From contig CM120640.1 of NCBI GenBank assembly GCA_051362555.1, positions 52,492,788 to 52,556,787 of the forward strand: 64,000 bases of DNA. The letters run 5' to 3'. Both the position numbers and the translations under genes were made by a program. The DNA is from Lingula anatina. Lineage: Eukaryota > Animalia > Brachiopoda. The notes beneath the pieces are model-generated. The model saw nothing but the letters and a program-made list of their open reading frames with translations. It had not been told where the DNA came from and did no database searches. Of this stretch, positions 52,400 through 64,000 are shown in pieces. How positions within the stretch are numbered: position 1 is the first letter of the stretch; each line of letters begins with the position of its first letter.

Positions 52400-55300
52400 A
52401 TGGAAATCACAGATGCTAACTTGCAGACCCTGGGCAACTACCTGCTTCAGACTTTGTCCCCAGATCCTGCTGTTAGGAGACCTGGTATGAATATTGTATA
52501 TAAATGTATCCAGTATATCACATCATGCTTATATTTTTTTCACGGCAACAAACTCTCTTACATTGGCTGTTAGTAAGGGCTCATTCCCATAGAAACTTAT
52601 GATTTCCATAGATCAACCCAACTCCGTGGAGACTCGCCGAATGCAATCAGATTAACACACCCTCTTGTTTCCAGTGTCTTCTTATAAGATTTCACCTGCT
52701 TTTCTGTATTCTACTCGGCGCCAGGAGGTGTGTTAATCTCTTAAACTGATTGCATTCAGTGAGAGTCCCATGGAGTTGGATCTATCTATGGAGGTAGACC
52801 GATAGTTCCAATTGGAATGAACCCTAAGGCTAGGTTCACAATGAAAGTATCACACTAGGTAGATCACTCCATTGGTACTCGCACTGAATGCAGTCAGATG
52901 TATAGATTTAAAATAAAAACTCATTTAACATGATCAAAGAATGAGAACTATTTTTGTACTAACTTTTCTTGTGTGATTTTGTCACGTTATGTCTAAAACA
53001 TGTTTATCTGTCTCAGTTAGTTATAAAAATAGCAAAAAATCTTGCATGATGCATTAAATTTGTATTTAATGCCAAGTTAAATTCATGTCATTTATGACCC
53101 AAGTTATGTTTTTACCTATTTTTTAGCTGAAAAGTTTCTGGAGTCTGTTGAGGGGAATCAGAATTACCCACTATTACTGTTGAACTTACTGGATAAGCCA
53201 GGGGTAGAAGCCAACATCAGAGTCAGTGCAGCTATCACCTTTAAAAATTATATCAAAAGAAACTGGAGAGTGGTGAGTTAGTGTTCTTAAGTTCTGGAAT
53301 GTGTAAATGTGTGTTATAATGATGTCAAAACTCTGTTAGGAGTGAAAAGTATTGGTCGACTCTACATACATTTCTGTTTTTTTTCTGCTGCAACAGCTGG
53401 ATGAGGCTCATGACAAAATCCACCCTGATGACAGAGCCACTATCAAACGGCTTATAGTGGGAGTGATGTTGAACAGTCCAGAACAAATACAAAATCAAGT
53501 GAGTTACATGTAATAAATGAATAACAAGTTCAGAGTATTTTGCACTTGGATAAGATATTACTAGGCTTTTAGACCATTAATATATATATATATGGATTTT
53601 ACTTTCTTGGTTAGTAGAGCACTAAACTGGTCGCAATGGACAGGTGGTTATATGTCACTCTGTTGTTATTGCAGCTAAGTGATGCTATAAGTATCATAGG
53701 AAGAGAGGACTTTCCTGACAAGTGGCCAGATTTGCTGGTGGAGATGGTGGGGAAATTTCAGAGTGGAGATTTTCACATTATTAATGGAGTTTTGAGAACA
53801 GCCCATTCAATTTTTAAAAGGTGATTGTTATAAAATTCAAACATTTGCCAAAGTACATATTCATGTGGTGTATTTTTCACTTATTTTAAAAGTGACATTG
53901 TTCTGAATTTTGTAAATGTTAATGGGGTTTGTTTCTTAGCCTGATAATGATAATGCCTTAAGCTTGTAGCATACAGTTTAAAAAGGATTGGATTCAAATC
54001 TAAAAGATTTTTGTAAAAACATTGTTTATTGTACTGCATAGATATCGTCATGAATTCAAGTCGCAGGAGCTTTGGACAGAAATAAAATTTGTATTGGACA
54101 ACTTTGCTGCACCTTTCACAGAACTTTTCAAGGTAAATTTTGATAAAATACATTTTTGATAAGTGTCAGAAATTTAGTTCATGGCAGTTGTTTGAACTAC
54201 CTAGAAGTAACACCAGCCAACCAGCAGCATCATATAGTAAAACATACTTGATATTTTCATAGAGTTCAATTTCACGGTGGCAAAATTTTAAAACTTTATA
54301 CATGGAGGATTTGTGCATGGAGGCAGAAGTGTTTTTAATGATACTCTAAAGTGGAATATAATATGAAGTTTCATAGAAAGCCTTGGTTGAACTTCACATT
54401 TCGTTAAATGAGTGGATCTTTCTCACGTTATAAAATTGGAAATCAATTATAGTTCATTTCATCGTCATCTCCCTTTTTTGAATTACAATGTGTCTTTCCA
54501 GGCTACCATGGAGCTGGCCACCAAGCACGCTAGTGACCCCAAGGCCCTGAAGGTGATCTTCAGCTCTCTGGTTCTCATCTGCAAGATTTTCTACAGCTTA
54601 AATTTTCAGGTGAGATGGATAGCAATGTTGTTTTTACCTTATTTATCATAGGATGCATACATTTGTCAAGTATGCTTTTTTCTGTGCTGTAATTGAAAAT
54701 GGACCGTAGTCATGCAGTATATGACTTTTTACATGAGATTCAGGGATATTAATGGCACGTGTGGGCATTATTTTTTTTACCGCTACCCATATTTGTGTTG
54801 GACACATAAATCATAAAATCTTTTTAAAAACTGTAGGCTACACTTGGCTGCAAGGGTCAGTCAAAGAACTTGTCAGGATAGAAATGTACATATGCTACTT
54901 GGCTAGTGCTTTATCTGCATTCTGATTGAAAGCATTTTGGACAGCCTAAATATGTTAAATAAAAACAGAAAATAAAATTTAAAACATTTTCATCCATTAT
55001 TGAAAATATTATTTTGCAGGACTTGCCGGAGTATTTTGAGGACAACATGGAAATCTGGATGAACAACTTTCTGACTCTCCTACAAGTAGATAACAAGTTA
55101 CTACAAACTCAGGTATAACTTTTCTTGATCTAAAATCACTTAGGTAAGAAATACCATGGTGTTACATGTAGTTGCGTTGCTTTATTCACTGTATTTGATA
55201 TTTTGTATTATTGAGATAGAACAGTTGAAACAAATAAGAATTGAGATCAGTTCTGTGTTAGAAATGGGATTTGGAAACTACTTGAAAGATTCTAATTCAG

Positions 55301-56241
55301 TAAGATCACATCATTAGAGAAATACTTAATCAAGAAAAACAATTATTTGCTAAGGATGAAGAAGAAGCTGGCTTGCTGGAACATGTCAAATCCCAGATCT
55401 GTGATAATGTGGCACTGTATGCTCAGAAGTATGATGAAGAATTCTGTAACCACTTACCTAAGTTTGTGGACACCATATGGCATTTGCTGGTAACCACTGG
55501 ACAAGAGGTTAAATACGATTTGGTAAGACAAGCCAAAAAATGATTAAAGAAAGAAATTGTTTTTCTTTATTTCACATAACATGTCTTAACTGTCAGATTA
55601 TTTTCTGTATAGAAAAATTTAAGTTCAATTCATACGTGAAATTTTCAATCATGCAACTGGTTGTGTACCTTAATATCATTATGGTGCATTTAAACATGGT
55701 TAATTTCTTATTTATCAATTTGCTGTTTGATAAACTTAATTTCCTTGTCCAATATGAATGCATAGATACCTGTCTTATTTTCAAGAATTTCATCAAGAAT
55801 TTCATCAATTACTCTTTAGCTGGTCAGTAATGCTATCCAGTTTTTGGCATCTGTGGCTGAGCGACCAGGCTACAAAAGTTTATTTCAAGCCACCGAGACT
55901 CTCCATAGCATCTGTGAAAAGGTGATTGTGCCAAACATGCAGTTTAGAGGTAAGGTGTTTTTACAAATACATTGTGTTTTCATTTATTTGCAGTTTAGAA
56001 AATAAGGAGAAAGTGTGTGGAATCAAGAATATAAATGAATAGTATCATAGATATGTGTCTTTAATTGGAATTGTTTTCTGGCAATGCCTGAGTGCTGAAT
56101 TGTGGTTCAGGTCTTAAGAAGCTGTATAGTTATTGGATTTTTACTTAACATATAAGGATGACATGTCTTCCTTGCAGCGGCTGATGAAGAGACCTTTGAG
56201 GACAATCCTGAAGAATACATAAGGAGAGACATAGAGGGTTC

Positions 56242-56274
<33 letters not shown>

Positions 56275-59200
56275 GGGGGGGGGGGGAGATACCATAGCAG
56301 TTTTGTAAGTGAGTGTGAGCCGAGTTTTCAGCACTGTGACATCTTAAGGGTGGCTGTGTTTGTTGGTAACATGATAGTGTAAAAAGGTTGGCAAAGCTAT
56401 TGCAGTACTTAAATTTGGCACTTTGATACCAGATGCAGTTTTAACAATTGCCTTGTGGTGTGATTAAAGATTTTGTTCAGACAGCGAAATGACAGTGTGA
56501 AATATGAGAAAACATGCATGCATAAAATTACTGTCAGCCTTGGTATGCAAAATATTTTTAAAAAACGTCTTTCAGATATTGATACAAGGAGAAGAGCTGC
56601 ATGTGACCTCGTTAAGGCTTTGAGTAAAAATTTTGAAGGCCCAGTTATTCAGAACTTCTCACAATATGTACAGGCCATGTTATTGGTAAGTGAAATAATC
56701 GTGCAAGTTATCAGTGCAGTAGGCAAATAAATCACAAAGTGCTCTGTATTTTTTTTTTCATGAAATTCAAAGTACGGTTTTTGAATAGATATTAATGAGT
56801 TCCGCCTAATTCTATATTTTCTTTTGTAATCAGGAATATGCTAAAAATCCAGCTACCAATTGGAAGAATAAAGATGTTGCGATTTACCTAGTGACCTCAC
56901 TAGCTGCCAAGGCACAGACACAAAAAGTATGTATTGCACTACCATTTTTGTACCACCAGCGTTAGCGCTGGCGGTACACATGGTTTCGGTCCCGTCCGGA
57001 TCGTTCCGCCGGCTCCGCCGGCTCCGTTGGCTCTGCCGGCTCCGCCGGACGGCTACCGTTACCGCTTCTCCTCCTAGACGGTGAGGGCCCCCGTACCCAT
57101 CTCATGGATTTAAGTCACCTATAATCTCAACTCGTTCCACGTAAAATTTGGGCTTTGTCGGTATTGGGGTCTGGGTGTGGCACTCATTGCAATGCACCCT
57201 TGTCTAAAAATAGCAAAATTAAATGCTAATTATCTACCCTACGGAAGGAGTTATGGGAAAAATTTCTATAGACGGCTTTCCAAAAGTCATATGTGTAGAT
57301 TTCAAATATACCCTTGGATTTGACCTTTGACCTCTACTTCAAGGTCAAATGGGCCAAAATTTTCAAAAAAATGAAATTTTTTACGAAAAAAATTTTTTTT
57401 GCCCTGTTATTCAGACACCACACAGACTTAACCAATAATATTATTGGAAAGTGTTACCCTTCAGGTCATCTTTCATCTCCATGAATTTGGGGTCAATCGG
57501 TGCATTTTCACGGGAGTAGCGGCCATAAGATACCGAAACTGAAAACTGTCTCTAATTCGGGAACCGTTAATGCTAGAGACCCATTCTTTTTTGCATTTTG
57601 TAGAGCATGTAAAGCCCAACACTGGAGGTGGTCTCCGTTTTTTTGTATTCCATACGGTTTTCGAGTTACGCTGTATCAAAAAGTACATATTGGTGGTAAA
57701 AGCAAAATGTGCAGTACGGTAATAGATAATAAATTTTGAACTCTGGAAAAATAAAACATAAGGCTTGGCAAAGCAGACAACTTGTGTTCAAAAATGATAT
57801 TATTTCATCAAATTTGAACTTCTGAAACTTCAGAGCACTTCCTATTTCAAGAAATTTGACCAAAATGACATTTTCTTTATTTTAATTAATTTTTTCTGTA
57901 CGAAATTTAAGGCACATTATGGTAACTCCAAAATTATAACATCTAGTCCCTTATATCTCCAAAACTGGCAGAGATAGGTCCATAGTTACTATTGAAGTTG
58001 AATAGGAAGTCATATACTGGCAATCTTACTATGACCTTGAAATTGACCTTTGACCTACTTTTCACCATGAACTGAACTTTGCAAATTTTTCTTCCCTTTT
58101 ATCTCCAAAACTGGCAGAGATAGGTCCATAGTTACTATTGAACTTGAATAGGAAGTCATATACTGGCAATCTAAATGTGACCTTTAAATTGACCTTTGAC
58201 CTACTTTTCACCATGAACTGAACTTTGCAAATTTTTCTTCCCTTTTATCTCCAAAACTGGCAGAGATAGGTCCATAGTTACTATTGAAGTTGAATAGAAA
58301 GTCATATACTGGCAATCTAAATGTGACCTTAAAATTGACCTTTGACCTACTTTACACCATGAACTGAATTTTGCAAATTTTGTTTTCCTTTTATCTCCAA
58401 AACTGGCTGAGATAGGTCCGTAGTTACTATTGAACTTGAATAGGAAGTCATATACTGGCAATCTAAATGTGACCTTAAAATTGACCTTTGACCTACTTTT
58501 CACCATGAACTGAACTTTGCAAACTTTTCTTCCCTTTTATCTCCAAAACTGGCAGAGATAGGTCCATAGTTACTATTGAACTTGAAAAGGAAGTCATATA
58601 CTGGCAATCTAAATGTGACCTTAAAATTGACCTTTGACCTACTTTACACCATGAACTGAATTTTGCAAATTTTGCTTCCCTTTTATCTCCAAAACTGGCT
58701 GAGATAGGTCCATAGTTACTATTGAACTTGAAAAGGAAGTCATATACTGGCAATCTAAATGTGACCTTAAAATGACCTTTGACCTACTTTTCACCATGAA
58801 CTGAATTTTGCAAATTTTGCTTTCCTTTTATCTCCAAAACTGGCTGAGATAGGTCCGTAGTTACTATTGAACTTGAATAGGAAGTCATATACTGGCATTA
58901 TAAATGTGACATTAAAATTGACCTTTGTCCTACTTTTCACCATAAACTGAACTTTGCAAATTTTGCTTCCCTTTTATCTCCAAAACTGGCAGAGATAGGT
59001 CCATAGTTACTATTGAACTTGAATAGAAAGTCATATATTGGCAATCTAAATGTGACCTTGAAATTGACCTTTGACCTACTTTTCACCATGAACTGAATTT
59101 TGCAAAATTTGCTTCCCTTTTATCTCCAAAACTGGCTGAGATAGGTCCATAGTTACTATAAAAGTTGAATAGGAAGTCCTATACTGGCAATCTAAGTGTG

Positions 59201-59662
59201 ACCTTGAAATTGACCTTTGACCTACTTGTTATCATGAACTGAACTCTGCTAATTTCTTTCTCTTTTAACTTCAAACTTGACAGAGATAGGTCCATAGTTA
59301 CTCTTGAACTTGAATAGGAAGTCATATACTGGCAATTTACTGTGACCTTGAAATTGACCCTTGACCTACCTTACGAAGAACTTAAATTTGATTGTACCCT
59401 ATATTTTTTTGCAATAGTTTAAAAATTCTTGTTGATTGCATTTTACAGCTTGTCAAGCACAAAACTGGTGGCTGTGTCCCTTATTTTGTGTATGTGGGGG
59501 TCTATACGAATGCGCTTGCTCCAGCTGGTGGTACAATATTTGGAGGCGGTATCGCCTCTCTGATCCTCTAGTTCAAACACTTTTCGGGGCTTGTTCCTCT
59601 TTTTTTTCTATTCAACTTGTAGGCAGTCTCCCCTTTTAACTAAAAATGTGCAGCTATGTTTC

Positions 59663-59700
<38 letters not shown>

Positions 59701-60814
59701 TTGGTTGTGCTTTATAGAGATACAGATTGTTATGAATAATTTTGAGAAATAGATATTGATGTTGGTCTACAGATTCATTCAGGAATTTCATGGTGATTTT
59801 ACTGTTTCTTCCAGCATGGAATAACTCAGACCAGTGAACTAGTCAATGTCAATGATTTCTTCAATGCCCATGTTGTACCGGACCTCCAGTCTCCAAATGG
59901 TAAGTTTTATCATCAGTTGTATGTCAGTTAATATGGACTTGGCTTTTGAAATATTGTTTTTTCTTGTATATCATGAGGGGGGTTGGGGGCATATTTATTA
60001 ACGGTCATATCACTGAATATTTATTAATCACAAAGCATAGCTCTTTAATTTAAAACTGTTCTGTTTTAGTGAATGAATTTCCAGTTTTGAAAGCTGATGC
60101 TATCAAATATGTGATGACTTTCCGTAATCAGGTGAGTGTTAAGAAGATGTAGGTGTGAAATACAAACTCAGAGTTTGAAGAAAATTTTGATTTGTGGAAA
60201 AAAAAATTCAACGAAGCAGAAACATTTTGAATATTTTTTGTACCTTTTTTTAGTATCTATAGTTTTGAAAGGATATGATGTAGGCAGTCCCTGTAATTAT
60301 TCCCTTGTTTTACCAAGCTCCCTGTAGACAGCATCATAGCCTGTGTTCCTCTGCTAGTGAACCACTTACTGGATAACAGTCAGGTCTGCCACACCTATGC
60401 TGCACTGGCCCTGGAGAGGATCTTCACAGTCAGACATCCACAGGGTGGTGCCGCGTAAGTAATTTCCTTGAATCATCTGTTTGGCTTACACATCGTATGG
60501 TCTGGTTTCATTCCTAAGGAACATCTTTTGGTACAACAATACTTTTGGTCATTTTTGCTTCATCACACTCTTGAAACCCCTCAAAATGAAAAAGGTGCAC
60601 AATTTGTTTTCTAAGTAACAATATTTCAGTGACTGGTATCATTCAATATTGTTCATTATTTTAATTTTTGAACATTAATTGCAAATTTCATTTAGTAGTT
60701 GGATCTTCGAATAACTGTGCCTTTCTTCGACCAGCTTTGATCTATAATTTTTGTATTTGACAGATTGGTAGACATTAAGAAATTTGAGCAAGGAAACAAA
60801 TAAATAAATAAATA

Positions 60815-60846
<32 letters not shown>

Positions 60847-62794
60847 AATAGACATATCTATTTAGAGAAAGGAATGTGTTAAGGTTTTAATAGGCATCAC
60901 GTAGTTGAATGTCTTTACATGAACTTCACTTAGCCTCTAGGTTTCGGAAAGTTTCACTGTAAATTTTTTTCTTGCAGAATCACAAAATCAAAGATGGAAG
61001 GCCATGTGGAAGTTTTACTGGTAAATTTGTTTAAGGCTTTGGAACATGAAGGGTCCTCAGAGAATGAGTATGTGATGAAAGGTGAGGTCATTTTACGTGG
61101 CATATTTTGGTTTCTATCATGTTAGCCTGTGAGTATAATGTTTTTTGTTTGTCTATTGTTTTAACAAGTATTTGGTATTTGGTGGTCTTTGATAGTTAGA
61201 AGTTTTAATATAAATGGGATAAAAGAAATATTTAAGATCTTGAACATTGGATTATATTTAAGCCATCATGAGAAGTTTCTCCATGCTACAAGATGGTATT
61301 CTGCCATATGTTGGAACATTAATTGGCAAGTTGACAGAAAAACTGATAGCAGTAAGCAAGGTAAGTCTGTTTTGGTATCATGATGATAAACAAACCTCAG
61401 GCCAAGGAAGTAAAATATATGAAGTTGACCTATGTACAACTCTGATAAAGTTCTTTTTAAATGCATATGTGTAGGGGGTTTAAAAGATCATTGGTTTTCT
61501 TGTGATGCCGTCAGTTCACACCAGTCTTGTTTATTATTTTGAGAATAAATGTGTAGTTCTCTGCCAAATTTATCACTGCCATCAGTTTGTGGTTAGATGC
61601 ACTTTTGTTATTTTGGATATTCCATCTGTAATTGGCTTCAGAGAGGGGTACACCCATGCCTTTGTCATAGCTGATTGATTGTTGAAATGCTGCGATTCAT
61701 TATTTATTTTATCCTATGGTTATTTTGCCTTACTTGAATAAGCTTCTGGTTCTTGATTTAATAAGTATTAATCCTTTCTTTAAATTGTTAGTCTAATGAA
61801 AATATCAGGAGCTTTAAAAATGTGTTCTTCCTGTCCAGCACAGTGCAGTTAATTAAAAGGAGTAAAAAACATTAAAAAATATATTTATATATTTCTGTAA
61901 GATGAAACTTTGAATTTCAGTTTTGTAGTAGGATTCAGGATTTTTTTGTTTCTATTTGCCTTTTACGTTTTAAGGGAAAAGAAATTTTGAAATATTAATC
62001 ACTTACATAATAATTGAAAAGAATTCATAGTTGAATGAATATGAATATTTTTCAGAATCCCAGTAAACCGCACTTCAACCACTATCTGTTTGAAAGTATC
62101 TGTATAGCCATCAGATCCACCTGTAAAGCAGACCTCCAGGCTGTCACCAGCTTTGAGAGTGGATTGTTTCCTCCTTTTCAAGCAATTCTACAACAAGATG
62201 TGCAAGGTAGGTGGGACCTTGTGTTAGAGACTGAGTTTTTTTTTCACCTGATCATGGACATGAGAAATTTTTGTTTCTTTTCAGTTCAAAAATGGGTTTT
62301 AAGTCAAAATATTTAGAAAATAATCTATTCTCTCTCTGCAACAGAATTTTTAAAATAAGTAGATTATACTTATAAAACAAAATTGCAATTTTTTAAATAA
62401 CTTTTTGAATTTTGCATATTGACATGAAAATCTCTGCTATCTACAGAGAGAGGTTCAAGCTGAATGTAAAATCAGTACTGTGTGACCAAAAACACCAGTT
62501 AGATATCATCAAATACATGCTCATAAGGTCAGTGGGGTTGTGTGACCCACCAGTGATTATTGAAAACTAACTGTCTTCTATTTGTTTGTTCTAGAGTTCA
62601 TACCATATGTGTTCCAAATTTTATCTCTGTTACTGGAGATGCACGTAGATAGTATTCCTGAGTCTTACATGGCCCTGTTCCCCCACCTCCTGACACCTGT
62701 ACTGTGGGAGAGACCAGGCAACATACCTCCTCTTGTCAGACTACTGCAGGCCTATATAGAGAAAGGATCAAGGTCTATTGGAGCTGAAAAAGTA
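52400..62794 (+). CDS. CSE1L: Exportin-2 (CAS/CSE1L), 19 coding exons, 3' end beyond the window
   Basis: Exons 52400-52484, 53127-53272, 53397-53498, 53675-53820, 54042-54132, 54502-54609, 55020-55112, 55355-55522, 55820-55949, 56178-56243, 56576-56685, 56834-56926, 59815-59899, 60070-60131, 60318-60454, 60978-61081, 61263-61360, 62056-62206, 62595-62794. Recognised peptides include LSDAISIIGREDFP, FEDNPEEYIRRDIEGSDIDTRRRAACDLV, NPSKPHFNHYLFE and EFIPYVFQ. Confidence 0.97.
52577..52824. mobile_element. PIF/Harbinger-type MITE in a CSE1L intron
   Basis: TAA|gggctcattcc ... ggaatgaaccc|TAA with long internal inverted repeats. Confidence 0.75.
56945..59573 (+). mobile_element. Full-length HINE/Helentron-like non-autonomous element in a CSE1L intron
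   Basis: T run, subterminal IR tgtaccaccagc (56949) / gctggtggtaca (59524), 5' hairpin, 9-bp ggctccgcc microsatellite, central tandem array and 3' hairpin gaggcg-gtat-cgcctc. Confidence 0.8.
57950..59370. repeat. Tandem array of about 10 x 146-bp units
   Basis: ctggcagagataggtcc recurs at 57965, 58111, 58257, 58403, 58549, 58695 and onward. Confidence 0.97.
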
Positions 62795-62843
62795 GTGAGT
62801 GCTGTTAAATGATAGCTATTGTTGACCTTGATAAAATGTAGCT

Positions 62844-62876
<33 letters not shown>

Positions 62877-62903
62877 CAGTAGCATAGCAGCAGTCAATAA
62901 GGA

Positions 62904-64000
62904 TTATTGTACCACCAGCGTAGGCGCTGGCGGTACACATGGTTTTAGTCCCAACCCGTATGTTCCGCCGGCTCCTGCGGCTCCTGCGGCTCCGCCGGCT
63001 CCTGCGGCTCCGCCGCCAAGTCACCGTTACCGCTTCTCCTCCTAGACGGTAAGGGCCTCCATACCCATCTCTTGGATTTAGGTCACCTATAATCTCAACT
63101 CGTTCCACGTAAAATTTGGGCTTTGTCGGTATTGGGGTCTAGGTGTGGCACTCATTGCAATGCACCCTTGTCCAAAAATGGCAAAATTAAATGCTAATTA
63201 TCTCCCCTACGGAAGGAATTATGGGAAAAATTTCTACAGACAGCTTTCCAAAAGTCATATGTGTAGATTTCATATATGCCCTTGGATTTGACCTTTGACC
63301 TTTATTTCAAGGTCAAAAAGGCCAAAATTTTCAAAAAAACAAAATTTTTGCCGAAAAAAAAATTATTTGCGGCCTTATTCAGATACCACACAGACTTAAC
63401 TAATAATATTAATGGAAATTGTTACCCTTCGGGTCATCTTTCATCTCTGTGAATTTGGGGTCAATCGGTGCATTTTCACGGGAGTAGCGGCCATAAGATA
63501 TCGAAACTTAAAACTGTCTCTAATTTGGGAACCGTTAATTCTAGACACCCATTCTTTTTTGCATTTTGTAGAGCATGTAAAGCCCAACACTGGAGGTGGT
63601 CTCCGTTTTTTTGTATTCCATACCGTTTTCGAGTTACGCTGTATCAAAAAGTACATATTGGTGGTGAAAGCAAAATGTGCAGTACGGTAATGGATAATAA
63701 ATTTTGAACTCCGGAAAAATAAAACATAAGGCTTGGCAAAGCAGACAACTTGTGGTCAAAAATGACATTATTTCATCAAATTTGAACATCTGGAACTTCA
63801 GAGCACCTCCTATTTCAAGAATTTTGACCAAAATGACCTTTTCTTTATTTTAATTAATTTTTTCTGTAGGAAATTTGTGGCACATTATGGTAACTCCAAA
63901 ATTAAAACATTTAGTCCCTTATATCTCCAAAACTGGCAGAGATAGGTCCATAGTTACTATTGAAGTTGAATAGGAAGTCATATACTGGCAATCTAAATGT
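62904..64000 (+). mobile_element. Second copy of the same HINE-like element, running off the window
   Basis: Colinear with 56945-58030, including the hairpin, microsatellite and first 146-bp unit. Confidence 0.9.

Noticed and set aside
57950-59370. CRISPR-like array or repeat-protein ORFs
   Set aside because: Units are contiguous with no unique spacers, there are no cas genes, and the array lies in a eukaryotic intron.
62752-63108. Protamine-like RRSRRS ORF
   Set aside because: It is the antisense translation of the 9-bp microsatellite of the HINE-like element plus a poly-T tract.
1-64000. Prokaryotic operon or defence system; tRNA or rRNA genes
   Set aside because: The window has spliceosomal introns and animal genes throughout, and I recognised no structural RNA gene by eye.

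Overview
AT-rich eukaryotic DNA from an invertebrate animal (probably a marine lophotrochozoan; the taxon is my inference), with GT-AG introns, microsatellites and many transposon relics. Splice-aware reading by hand gives ten genes. These are two near-identical intronless GT61 glycosyltransferases, a 4-exon secreted orphan protein, a 7-exon orphan with a Cys-rich membrane segment and PPxY motif, an MFSD4/NaGLT1-like transporter with a mucin-like insert, two divergent intronless profilins, the 5' 19 coding exons of CSE1L/exportin-2, and two small spliced peptide genes that the ORF track does not show intact. One peptide is a cationic CS-alpha-beta defensin. The other is a furin-processed precursor with an unfamiliar six-Cys spacing and a GGFG-repeat tail; together they are the best novelty candidates. 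Mobile DNA includes two decayed Tc1 elements, a truncated LINE, HINE/Helentron-like elements with tandem arrays, a probable Academ derivative, several MITE families and a possible LTR. All gene models and family names come from reading and recall; no database search was run.
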